64,000 bases of DNA from Bigelowiella natans CCMP2755 (taxonomy: Eukaryota > Protista > Cercozoa). Numbering within the stretch: the first letter of the stretch is position 1; each line of letters starts with the position of its first letter. Below, piece by piece: positions 1-11,849 of the stretch. The stretch is from the NCBI GenBank assembly GCA_000320545.1, contig ADNK01002372.1:7630-71629 (forward strand). The letters run 5' to 3'. A program made the position numbers and the translations under genes. The notes below the pieces were generated by a model, which saw nothing but the letters and a program-made list of their open reading frames with translations, ran no database searches and was not told the DNA's origin.

Positions 1-1154
1 GGAATAATCAGAGGATGGTACTGCAATAATACATGATGGTGATGGTGATGATGTCACATAACGACGACTTGGTTCAACACTGGACAGATAGAATAAATCG
101 ATGATCATGGCGACATGACGACAATTGGCTGCTGCCATATTTTTGTCAGATAAATGGGGGTCGGGTGATAGTCCGCAAATTAAGTATTCTTCGAGGGAGC
201 ATTATTCATCTCAGCGACCATTTTGGGTGAGTTCCAATCGCCCAACCGCCGCAGATGATGATGTTTAAAGATTAATTTGATAAAACACAAATGTAAGCAG
301 AGAGAAGGGTGAAGAAGATGATGTTCTGTCATGCAAATTCTCATGTTTTGTAGGCTTATGGCTTTCCTTACGCCTTTACGAGAAGGTGATGAACCTATGA
401 TTAGTAACAATGAGCGAACTCAAATGTGTGATACCTGCAATTTTTCATGTTCACTAATGTAAGATACAGTCATGTAGAAAATTGCTATCGAGGTTGTATT
501 TATCTGTCTTATCGTATTAGACAACTGCAGAGCGCAACAACGAGCCCGCTCTACGTAGTAGTTATAAAAAAGCCTAAACCACACTGCGTCTACTACGCAT
601 GCCATGTACGTATATACCAGCAGCTGCGTGCATGCATGATCGCGAAGATGATTTGGCATTTCAGCTACATCTCTAGATTTTATTACAAATGCTGTAAGCG
701 CAACATGTAGGCAAACAACCTGGAAGAAGCTTCCAAAAACTTGAACATCTCGCTAAGTCGGGCTAGCAGGGATTTGGCGCGAGCAAGCTGGTGATCACGC
801 ACATCTCCTTGGAATCGCGAGGGCATGCAATGCCTACTAGATCTAGTAAATGCGTGGGCAGACAAAATGCCACAGTTGTTATTTGACTGCATTGCTGACT
901 TTCTAGTACGTACGCATCGCAATGGTGCAAAGTGTGCTCCAGCCCCCGCTTATTTTTCATTTTTTGCGGGGGGATCGAGGGGGGGCAAGGACATTTAATG
1001 CAGTCTGCGAAACTAGGTGTGCTTGTATCTTACGACAACTGTTATTGCCGTAGAGTGAGCAGGATTATAAACCTTGGTGCCACATACCATCGACCTTTCA
1101 CTGAATGAACTTGGGTTCTCTTCTATAATGGTGTCGTCAAATAATTGAGGTCTG

Positions 1155-2032
1155 CTACTCTATCATCACTTCAGTTTCTGGTATTTCAGTTTCTGCTTGT
1201 TTCAGTTTCTTTATTTCATTCTCAAGTGACGCAATGTTCTGCTTCACAACATCTCGCGTCTGCTCAAAATTTTGACGCTTTTGATGGACACTTCCAAGAG
1301 CAGTGTCAAGCTTATCCAAGTCACTTTTTGCTACCTCTAACTTTTCGTTTAAGTTTGACTGTTGGTCTTTTTTTTCCATTTCCTTTTTCTTCTCCAGCAA
1401 TTGTTTGACCTACGGTGGACGTGAAAATTTATTGTCAATTTACGATTAAAAAACAGGATAAACTCAGATGCGCAATTTCTGGTGTGCTAAGTTGGCTACA
1501 ACACCATTGCTCAATATCAATAAAAATTGTACGGAACCTCCAATTGAAGCAACTTCATATGGTCAACCACGTTCTTCACCTTCCCTTCGTACAATTTCAT
1601 TTGGTCAAAGACAGCGTGAACCCATTTCTTCTCTCTGGTAAGAAGCTGGATTTTCCCAACGATTTCATTCATAATATCCTGAACATTATTATTTTCGTTA
1701 TCATCCTGCATTGAAGTGGTTCCGAGCAATGGTGGGTCCTCGTCCGCTAGAACTTCCTCTGGACATATAAATCCTGTATCACATCCTCCATTTGTTTGGT
1801 TTAACTTACGAGTCGCCTCGTCCCTTGAAGTTTGGGTGGATGCTCTCAATGATGTGGAAGTTTTGATATTTTTGTTGCTGCTTTTGGATTCGACTTTATT
1901 CTTCTTTGCGCCATCAGCAATTGTAGAATAGTTATGTGATGTTAAGGATGAAGAAGCCAGGGCTGGTGTAAGTTCCAACGCAAATAAGAAGCACACGAAA
2001 AGTCTCGGAAACCTCCTTGTGATTGTTTTCAT
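1155..2032 (-). CDS. Hypothetical secreted coiled-coil protein, 2 exons (~2032-1539 and ~1409-1155)
   Basis: ATG at 2032 gives MKTITRRFPRLFVCFLFALELTPALASS (signal-peptide-like). ORF 1517..2104 joins ORF 1155..1400 through a GT..AG intron (LQLE|gttccg...ccgtag|VKQLLEKKKEM). The C-terminal half is heptad-rich. No family recognised. Confidence 0.6.
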
Positions 2033-3036
2033 ATGCAACACCCCGGTTAGGACTCCATTCAAAAATTTGAACGACAAATAGTGGATTACCGAAATTTTAA
2101 TCATTGGATCTTAGTTCAAAGTAAGGATAAAAGCAGGCCTTTTCAACATGTGCGGCCTTTTTTTAAAAGGAAATTTAATAACCCGTTCTTCATCCAAACG
2201 CAGCATGTTGTAAAAGAGAAGAACCTTTACTACGACAAAGTCATCGACATTTCTTTTAAAATTTAGGCATTCAATTATCAGAAAAACTATATGTACCGGA
2301 ATCCCCGTTGAAATTATTCTTTTTCCCAGAAACTAGCAACTTCTGACATTTATACTTGCGACATGACGAAAATCATGACGCACATAGAATAATAATTAGA
2401 ATCCTCTTTGGAATCCTGGCGGCCTGGATATTGTTGCTTAAATCTTCGGGGCGAGGGTGATCGAGTGCGAAAAGATTCTCTTGATCACGATTTCTTTATG
2501 AGACAATGAATCTGATCCCATTCTTTCTCAAAACAGGTCCATTCATCCGAACACACAACACCCCCAAATTCGTAATTCAGAAGAACTAGTATGCACTATA
2601 AATTCGAAAATTGTTTAATATATTTGTTTTATTGATAGCGACATGCATATTCGGGTATACATTTTGATGGATAAGCTTTTTTGCTGCAAGTGTTGGGGAT
2701 TAATGGTTGGCCCTTAGACTTAAAGATTTCCTTCGCACTGTAAAGGTGGTCTTGCTGCCCCCTGTATTTAATCTCTTGCAAGTACGATTCTCCCATACAA
2801 ATTACGAATCAGAAAACGGGGTTAGAGAGGCAGGATGTATAAAATGATATTTCTTTGTGGAGGTTTTGCCCATTTGATTCGCGGTCTATCTGTGCCATGC
2901 ACTCCGCTCCATCAAGATGAAGAACTCGCCCTGGATTTTATTGATTACATTCCATAGCTTCACTGTTGTCATACTTCGAATCGAATTTGTTGTCGACACC
3001 GATGATTAGAACCCATGGTGTGTTCGCAGGCTCGCC

Positions 3037-5031
3037 ATGTTTGCCGTGCCAGATTTTAAGACGCTGAATGCAGAAGCGGCCTTAAGAAATTATCATGTGA
3101 ATCCGCGCCTTGGTACGTTTATTCAGTTTATATTCATTCCTGTATCTTGAAACTGGAAATTGTACGTGGTAAATCTTCAATTTTAATCGAAACTTCATGC
3201 TGTCGTCTCAGACTACTCGACCGTTTCCGGGGTCAGAGGTCCTCTTGTTGTTCTTGAAAATTGTAAGGTTGGCAATCACAAAATCATTTCTACCTCCCCA
3301 CATGCTTGCTGCTAGTTTACTGGTGTGAGCATAAAAACTACTCTACGGTTTTGCATATGAAGAAATGTAAATCTCCCCATTGTCAGGTTCCGAAGTTTGC
3401 AGAGATTGTGGAGCTTCAGATCCACTCACATAAAGGGACGGAAACAAGACATGGTCAGGTTCTTGAAATCAACGGAAATCGTGCGGTCGTACAGGTAACG
3501 CGTTACAACATGATAATCCCAAATTTTCCTCAAAAGAGACCTTGAAATAAATGTCAGGTTTTCGAAGGCACTTCAGGAATCGACAACACAAAGACCCGTT
3601 GCGAATTCACGGGCGATGTTTTGCGGATGGCAATCTCTGAAGATATGCTGGGACGCTCCTTCGATGGTTCAGGAAGACCTCTCGATAAAATCAAAGTTGA
3701 TACATCAGACTCTGATAAAATGAACATTCATGGTACTTGAAAATCCCTCTCGTTTGATCTCAGTTAAATTTGCATACCAACGCCGTCATCTATATTTTTT
3801 TATAGGTGAGAGCTATACCCTCCCAATTATGGCTGAACAGTACATGGATATTGCTGGAATGCCTATCAACCCTACAACTCGTCAATATCCGAAAGAGATG
3901 ATTCAAACCGGAATCAGTGCAATTGATGTCATGAGTTCTATCGCTCGTGGACAGAAGATTCCGCTCTTCTCCGGTGCTGGTCTTCCACACAACGAAGTTG
4001 CGGCTCAAATCTGCAGATACGCTTCTCTAGTTAAGACATCAGATCGAATTGATGAATCGGAAGAAAACTTCGCTATTGTCTTTGGAGCTATGGGTGTCAA
4101 TCAGGAAACTGCACGCTATTTCCAGCACGATTTTGAAGCGGGGGGGGCAATGTCCAGGACTGTTCTTTTTCTCAACTTGGCAAATGATCCTACTATTGAG
4201 AGGATCATCACACCTAGACTTGCATTGACAACCGCAGAATATCTCGCCTATGAACGCGAGATGCACGTTCTCGTCATCCTCACAGATATGACTTCTTATG
4301 CTGATGCATTGCGAGAGGTTTCCTCGGCTAGAAGTGAGATTCCAGGTCGCCGCGGTTATCCTGGTTACATGTACACCGATCTTTCCACAATTTACGAAAG
4401 GGCAGGACGTGTTGCCGGTAGTAACGGTTCCATCACCCAGATTCCAATCTTAACAATGAAAAACGACGATATCACTCACCCTATTCCTGACCTTACGGGA
4501 TACATTACTGAGGGCCAAGTTTACATTGACAGAAAGCTTCACAATAAACAAATCTATCCTCCGATCAATGTGCTTCCTTCTCTTTCCCGATTGATGAAAA
4601 GTGCTATTGGTAAGCGCATGACTCGCATTGATCACCCCTCAGTAAGTAACCAGATGTATGCTATGTACGCAATGGGAAAAGATAAACAAAGTCTGAAGGC
4701 TGTCGTCGGGGAAGAGGCTCTCGACGAAGATGAGAAGCTGTACATTAAATTTGAAGAGCAGTTTGAAAAGGAATTTTTATGCCAAGAACCCTACGAGGAA
4801 CGTGATATTTTCAAATCGTTGGATAAGGCGTGGGAACTACTTCGAACTTTTCCTAGGGACCTGTTATCTAAGATTACTCCTGAGATGCGTGATCTTTACT
4901 ACAACCGTGAAGACAATGATAGAAATAGAGAAAGGCAGACTGAACCTAAAGAGTGGGCAATAGCTAAGAGGAAAAAGGCAGAAGAGGCAGAACGAAAAAG
5001 GAAAGCCCTACTCGAAGGAAAGAAAGAATAG
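3037..5031 (+). CDS. ATP6V1B: V-type H+-ATPase V1 subunit B (divergent), 5 exons
   Basis: Spliced product [41 protein letters not shown]...GQVLE...[13 protein letters not shown], then [108 protein letters not shown] introns at about 3113-3211, 3268-3386, 3495-3557 and 3733-3805. Confidence 0.96.
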
Positions 5032-5377
5032 GATGTAGAGGTGTTCTTTTGCACTTACTCCAGAATAACTCAGTAATTGGGTTGATAAAGTGTAACAGAA
5101 TAGCTAGTATTTTGATCTTCGAATCTTCACCGCTTAAAAATTGACGGATGCCTGGTGCTTAAGTATTGGCAGGAGATACAACAGGCGGGAAGAAACTACA
5201 ATATTCGTCGAAGCCTCAAATGAACAAATTACCCTGAGTATTATGTGGATGTAATTTGTACACCTGGGCGACTCGCATGATCATTTCGCAGCCGCAGTGA
5301 TGTTGTGAACGATGGCAGACCCCGCGCGCGCACTCTAGCACTCCGCGATCAGCAGCGCCGACTTGAAGAAACGACAC

Positions 5378-6271
5378 CACGGCCACCACAGCCAGGCCCT
5401 GGCGTGATCAGGATGTCCAAAATTGCAAATGCGAGCTCTCAGGCGACTAGCAAGCGCAGCACAGCGCGTGCATGTGACCACAAACACATGACAAGTGGGT
5501 TGCAGGCTGCAAAAATCCACACTTTCGACAAAATGTGGTCAAAACATGCTTTTTTGAGGTTTTGACGTTTTGACGTGCATTGTGCAATTGAAAGGACGAA
5601 TTTCGTGCCAATGTTGAACAAACATGGAAACAAAACCGAGCACAAGTCCGTCAAACCCGGTGACGACGGGGTTGTGAACAGTGCAGCGCTTTGCGACGCG
5701 CTTTGAAGCAGCAGGAAGTTGCAGTTGGTCAAAGAAAAGTCATCAGAACTTCGTTCTAGACTTGTCCGATGGCCAAACCTCAAAAAATGACCGAAATGTT
5801 GACCAAAATGTCCAGCTTCAAGGTCTCAAAGTGTGCAAATTCACACCCGTTGTGTGGCGGATGCACGCTGCGCGTTTGTTCTCTGCCACATTTTGAATGC
5901 GCTTGCGCGTGTGTTTGACCAAACGTGATGACATGCACGAAAATTTCAAAGAAATGCGAGCAAATCTGATGTCCATCACATCACATGAGGCGCTTGGTGG
6001 CGCGCAAAAGCTTCCAAGTGCACATTCTGGCGATTCGTTGCAGGTTTGACGGACTTGTGAGAGGTGTCACAAAAGTTTGAAGCGCAATTCGTTTCGTGCA
6101 TGACCATGGAATTTGCAATGAAAAGGTCCCATGCATGACCGGCAATCGCAATCAGACACGATGTGCATGTGAAAGCAATTTGAAGGCATGCGCGTGCAAA
6201 ATGGATTTTGCAACGAAAATCCGGGATCACAGATCACGCCCGGCCAGCCGGGCCTGGCTGTGGTGGCCGTG
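5378..6271. mobile_element. Non-autonomous DNA transposon/MITE relic (~0.9 kb) with terminal inverted repeats
   Basis: Perfect 22-bp inverted repeat CACGGCCACCACAGCCAGGCCC (5378-5399 / 6250-6271), extending to GGCGTGATC (5401-5409 / 6232-6240). Internal 17-bp inverted repeat CACAAGTCCGTCAAACC (5641-5657 / 6043-6059). No transposase ORF recognised. Confidence 0.7.
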
Positions 6272-7635
6272 CACCTGCAGACATCAAGACATGCGATGCA
6301 TGCGCCGCAGCAACAAAAGGCGCATCGTTCATTGGCGTGTGCGCATTGTAGACACGTAATGTCATGTGCACATGCTGTTGCTATGTCCATTGTGCGCACG
6401 TGATGCGCATGGAGATTCGTGCAGGCTGGCAGGCTAGCAGGGTGCCAGTGTGGCCAGTGGAGGTGACAGTGAGCGTTGTGAGACTGGCAAGAACTGGAGA
6501 ATCCACACGCGGCGGGCTAGCGGGTGTGTCAGGTGTCACGCGTGCACGTCTGGCCACCTGCAGCTCTGGAGCTGAAGCTGGATGCGCATCAGTGCGATGG
6601 ACAGATCGTCGTGTGGTCGGCCTGTTCGATTTGGCACTCTGTGGAACTGGGGAATTGCGTGCGCCAGTGCGGCCAACTCACGATGCATGCCAATGCAAGC
6701 GAAGCCACTTGCCACGCACGCTCTGGCGCTCCATGCAGCGCTGCACGCGTGTCAATGCGTGCATCCCAACTGGCCGAACCGCTGCGGAACGTGTGCAACA
6801 GCTTCGCAAACGAAGTGAAGTTTGCAACTGATGAGCATTGGGATCGTGCTGGCTGGCTGGCGTGCTGGCATGCGTGTCTCGGCGCCACTCTGGCCAGCTG
6901 GCACTCTGTCCAGCACTGTGCTGGTGTGTGGTCGTGTCACAGCCAGGCAGGCTGGCAGGTTGACGAAGCGCAGTGCGTTCCAGCAGACCAGGGTTGTCCA
7001 GTTCCAGAGTTGTGTGGCCAGAGCCAATGGAGAGCTCTGGAGCTGAACAGGGCCACAGGGGCTTCCAGCTTCTGGGCTTGTGCGAGTGTGCGCAGCGTCG
7101 CAACGTGAACTTTCAGCGTTGCGCAGTTGTTGGGTCACGTCCGCTGCCAGGCTGCGTGAGCCGCAACAACTCAACGCCATGCACCTGAATCACGTTCAGT
7201 GAACGACACTTGTTGATTCTTCTTGCATGCCATGCATGCAGATTCCTCCACGTCAGCTTGGGGATGGGGTCCACAGGACCCGCAGATCGTGCGATCACAT
7301 TGCCAAGTCAGAAGTCAGTGAACTGGGGGGCACGCGTGCACCATCGCAGGAAACTCCAACAGCAAAGACGCACGGTGTGCAGGTTCACACGTGACGAGAT
7401 CTGGCGGAGGTGCGTGACGTGTGCGTTCACGTTCTCACGCGCAGTGTGCTTGCAAGTTGCGCCTTGCTCATCGTTGGAAATGATTCATGCAAGTGCACTT
7501 GCATGACAAGGCGAGCCAAATGCCAATGAAGCAGCAGCAATCATGCCATGGTGTGCATGAATGTTGGCAGACAAGCGTGACAATTCAACATCGCGTGCGT
7601 TTCGAAATGCGCGTCTTTCTCGGCTGGTCATGCGA

Positions 7636-7751
7636 GAAAGACGGATGTTGAAGCAATTCTGCACAGACGACAACAGATGACATCAGTTGCACGGAAAGAC
7701 AGATGTTGAAGCAATTCTGCACTTGCGACAACAGAAGACATTGGTCGTTGC
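7636..7751. repeat. Imperfect tandem duplication, 58-bp period
   Basis: GAAAGAC(G/A)GATGTTGAAGCAATTCTGCAC..CGACAACAGA.GACAT starts at 7636 and again at 7694. Confidence 0.8.
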
Positions 7752-8595
7752 AGGAAGAACGAAAGTGCACACCCGCGGAGGACCAGCTGGTGGATGGGCT
7801 TGTTTGGTCCTGTCCATTGAGAGCACGGACAAGCGTGCGGAGGCTCTTTGCTGATGAACGTTCTTTTTGCATGCAACTGATTGTGCATTGTCCATGTGAC
7901 AGGTTTTCGATTGTCATTGCAAATCATTTGAGCTTCAATCAGCAACGCTCATCGGTGACCCAGTCAAGCAGCTTTGTTTGGCAGCGTGCACGTGACGAAA
8001 AAACGGGAAAGACGTGGCGCACGTCGCACTTCGCACTGGTCGGGCCAGCCAACGAGCTCTGGAGCTAGCGAGTTGGACTGCAGGCTCTGGGGACAGGAGG
8101 GCCCGACAACCAAAGTTGCACGGTCTTGAAGCCGCCAAACTGTGCGCACGTGCTTCAAAGTGTTGTCAAGGTGTTCGTTGGCCACTCAATGATTCGTGAT
8201 GCAGTTCACTCGCAATGGCTGTGTGCTCGTTCGTTCGAGTGGAACAAGTGGTGCTTTTTTGACTTCGCTGGCGCCATCGTGTCAACCACGGATCGACGTT
8301 CAAACAGAACAGTGTGTTTGTGTTGACAATTGGCTTTGAAAAAGCAACACAAGAACGCGAAAGTGAACGTGCGATGAATCCAACAGGTGACAGTGAACAA
8401 TGAACAATGATGATGAACTGCACTTCCAAAACGTTGCAAGACGTTTGCAGTGTGCGAAACGCAGTGCCTCACACGAACTAGCTTGAGTGAGGACAGGACC
8501 AACTGGAAAACCAGGAAGGTTTTTTTGGAATTGGCGCACAGTAGTCACAGGTGATTTGAGAGACTCTCGGGAAAGTTTGGCATCTGGCTTCGGAC

Positions 8596-8795
8596 TTCTG
8601 GAACCTTGTGAAGCATTTCTGGAATTCAGGTCAATGTGGCACATCTTTCCCTGAGAAACGGCCAATAACATTCTTCGTTTGTGCAATTTAACAAATGTCA
8701 ATCAATGTCGCAACTTGAAAATCTAAACTTGACCCTGTCTCATTCACATCGTAAAAAACGGACAATTGTTGGTGCATTCGCGAAGCCTTCCGGAA
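8596..8795 (+). promoter_or_regulatory. Candidate heat-shock elements upstream of HSP90
   Basis: TTCtgGAA at 8596 and 8617, and TTCgcGAAgccTTCcgGAA at 8777-8795, 0.7-0.9 kb upstream of the HSP90 ATG. These match inverted nGAAn arrays, but the motifs are short. Confidence 0.35.
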
Positions 8796-9485
8796 GTGTT
8801 GGAGCTGAATCACAAAACTCACACAACACTAAATGGTGGACATTCTGTATCTAAGACTACGTTTCGGAACCAAAATTGAGAACAAAACGGAGTATCTTTC
8901 TCCGCGTTCGACGCTTTGTTCGAAAGGCGGCCGTGCAAGCCACGCATCACAAATGAGATTAGTGAGAAATCATGCAATTTAGGGAAATCACAATGCCATG
9001 TGCATTCTATCTACCGACAACTCAATTCAGGTTCAAATGTGAACATTACAGAGGCGATGTTCTGTTTTCTTGTGTAGTCGTCAGCTTTTAATAGCTTGAA
9101 CTCGTCATCTGGAAGTATCAAAATAGAATTCTTCATTTGACATGTTAGATGACTTCCACAATATTCGAAAAGTTGTCATATTTTCATGTCGCCATTGGTT
9201 TTTAAGATTGAATACATAACGTGACTAAGTATATTATGCTAATATTTAGTCTGCAAAATCAAATTCAAAAGAATGTCAGCTCCCGATGTGCGCCAAAAGA
9301 ATCTACGCTAAAGGATATTTCAGGCAAATACGGTTTCTGTTGTTAAATCATGTTTAAAAAAGCCTTATTTTACAAATTTTTATGAGATAGTACGTTGTCA
9401 TTATAGATCTAAGGATCATTAATTCTTTCACGCTGCGCTTGGAACACGCACTCCGCACACACAAACCAAAAGCCAACACACCAAA

Positions 9486-11721
9486 ATGTCTTCCGAATCT
9501 GCTGCTGCCCCAGCTGCTGGAGGCAAGTCCGAATCCTTCGCATTTAATGCTGATATCACACAGGTAAAGAAATGAATGATTCTGAAGATTACATAAATTT
9601 GTGACTGATTGGTCCTCATGGAGTTGACGTTGTCCTTTTCTTATTTAGTTGATGAACCTCATCATCAACACCTTCTACTCGAACAAGGAAGTGTTCCTCC
9701 GTGAGTTGATTTCCAACTCTAGCGATGCACTGGATAAGATTCGGTTCCAGAGTCTTAGTGACAAGAGCGTTCTCGGCGAAGCCAAGGAGCTTAAGATTGA
9801 CATTATCCCTGATCCTAAGAATAACACCCTGACGATTCAAGACTCAGGGATTGGTATGACAAAAGAAGACCTTATCAACAACCTCGGTACAATCGCTAAG
9901 TCTGGAACCAAACAATTTATGGAAGCAATCAAGGCTGGCGCGGATGTTAGCATGATTGGTCAATTCGGAGTTGGTTTCTACTCAGCATTCCTCGTAGCTG
10001 AGCGAGTAACAGTTGAATCGAAGAACAACGATGATGACGTCTACAGGTGGTCCTCTGATGCAGGGAACTCTTTCAAGATTGAGGCGGTACCTGATTCAGA
10101 CCTGAAGCGCGGAACCCGTATCACACTTCAATTGAAAGATGATCAGCTATCCTATGTCGAGGAGAAGACTCTGAAGGATCTTGTGAAGAAGCATTCTGAG
10201 TTCATCGGATTCCCTATTTCTCTGTGGGTAACAAAAACTGAAGAGAAAGAAGTAGATGACGATGAGGACGAGGAGGATGGAGACGACGATGATGATGATA
10301 AGCCTAAAGTTGAGGAGGTCAAGTCTGAGAAGACTGAGAAGAAAAAGAAAACTATCACGGAAGAAAAATCCGACTGGGAGGTTCTCAACAAGCAGAAACC
10401 TATTTGGACACGTGCAAAGGACGAAATCAAGAAGGAAGAGTATGCTGCTTTCTACAAAGCTCTGACTAACGACTGGGAGGAACATCTTGCAGTCAAGCAC
10501 TTCTCTGTCGAAGGACAACTTGAATTTAAGGCACTCCTTTTCTGCCCTAAGCGAGCCCCTTTTGATCTTTTCGAAGGTAAGAAGAAGAGGAACAACATTA
10601 AGTTGTATGTTCGAAGGGTGTTCATCATGGACAACTGTGAAGATCTCATCCCTGATTACATGGCTTTCGTGAAGGGAGTAGTGGATTCTGAGGATCTTCC
10701 ACTAAACATTTCTCGTGAGTCGCTTCAGCAGAACAAGATTCTTCGAGTTATTAAGAAGAATATTGTGAAGAAGTCTATTGAGATGTTTAAAGAAATTGCC
10801 GAGAACAAGGATGATTACAAAAAGTTTTACGAAGCATTTGCAAAGAACATCAAACTCGGAATTCATGAAGATAGCACCAACCGAAAGAAGCTTGCAGATC
10901 TTCTTCGCTACAACTCCACCGTTTGTGTCAACGAAGTTACTTCTCTGAAGGAATACTGCGGTCGTATGAAGAAGGAGCAGAAGAATATTTACTACATTAC
11001 AGGAGAGAGCAGGGCTGTTGTAGAACAGTCACCTTTCCTCGAGAAACTGAAGAAAAAAGGATATGAAGTTCTTTTTATGGTTGATCCTATTGATGAGTAC
11101 GCAGTGCAGCAGCTTAAGGAATACGATGAGAAGAAGCTTGTCTGTGTCACTAAAGATGGTTTGAAGCTCGAGATGACTGACGAGGAGAAGAAGAAGAAAG
11201 AAGATGAGAAAGCGGCATTCGAGGATCTCTGTACCAAAATGAAGGAAATTCTCGGTGATAAGGTCGAGAAGGTAATTCTTTCTGACCGTCTATCGACATC
11301 GCCATGCTGCTTGGTGACGGGAGAATTTGGTTGGTCCGCCAACATGGAGCGTATCATGAAGGCACAAGCCCTTCGTGACAACTCGATGACCAGCTTTATG
11401 GTTTCTAAGAAGACCTTAGAGCTCAACCCAGAGCACTCCATTGTGAAGGAGCTTCGTGTAAGATTCCAAAGTAACGCACAGGACCAAACTGTGAAGGACC
11501 TTGTATGGCTTCTTTTCGAAACTTCTCTTCTTACTTCAGGATTTAGTCTGCCAGAGCCAACGACGTTTGCTGGACGAATTCACAAACTCATCAAGCTTGG
11601 CCTTAGCATTGCAGATAATGATGAGGAGGAGGTAGTTCCTGCTGAAGAAGCTAATAAAGAAGATGATGACGATGTACCACCTCTTGAGAACCAGGGAGAG
11701 GACATGGAGGATGTTGACTAA
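9486..11721 (+). CDS. HSP90: Cytosolic heat shock protein 90, 2 exons (9486-9563, 9649-11721)
   Basis: [26 protein letters not shown]|[80 protein letters not shown]-terminal MEDVD is an MEEVD-like TPR-binding motif. One 85-nt GT-AG intron. Confidence 0.99.
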
Positions 11722-11849
11722 AAACTTAATCGATAGCTATGCTAGTTATATGTGTAGTTTTATTATCTGTAGCCTAGAGCAGCAATTGTCTGTTTACAAA
11801 TTAATAAGATTGTGCTGGTATTCTACTCTAAAGTCAGTCTCCATGCGTC

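Larger units (their letters stand above)
5281..8640. other. TpA-depleted intergenic island (degenerate repeat/TE-derived DNA)
   Basis: Manual scan finds about 11 TpA in 3.36 kb (7 in CTAG) and none in 6520-8065. CpG is abundant and TG/CA are in excess. Confidence 0.9.

Noticed and set aside
5281-8640. CpG-methylation decay or fungal RIP as the cause of the TG/CA excess
   Set aside because: CpG is plentiful (e.g. CCCGCGCGCG) and TpA is depleted rather than enriched.
5305-8701. Dense cluster of 60-190 aa ORFs on both strands
   Set aside because: Artefact of TpA loss: TAA and TAG stops are nearly absent, so all six frames stay open. The products are His/Cys/Ala-rich with no recognisable domain.
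10147-11441. Antisense ORFs overlapping HSP90 (similarly 45715-46524 over dynein)
   Set aside because: Shadow ORFs produced by codon bias of the sense gene.
11707-11721. HSP90 ending MEDVD instead of MEEVD
   Set aside because: Conservative variant of the TPR-binding motif, not notable on its own.
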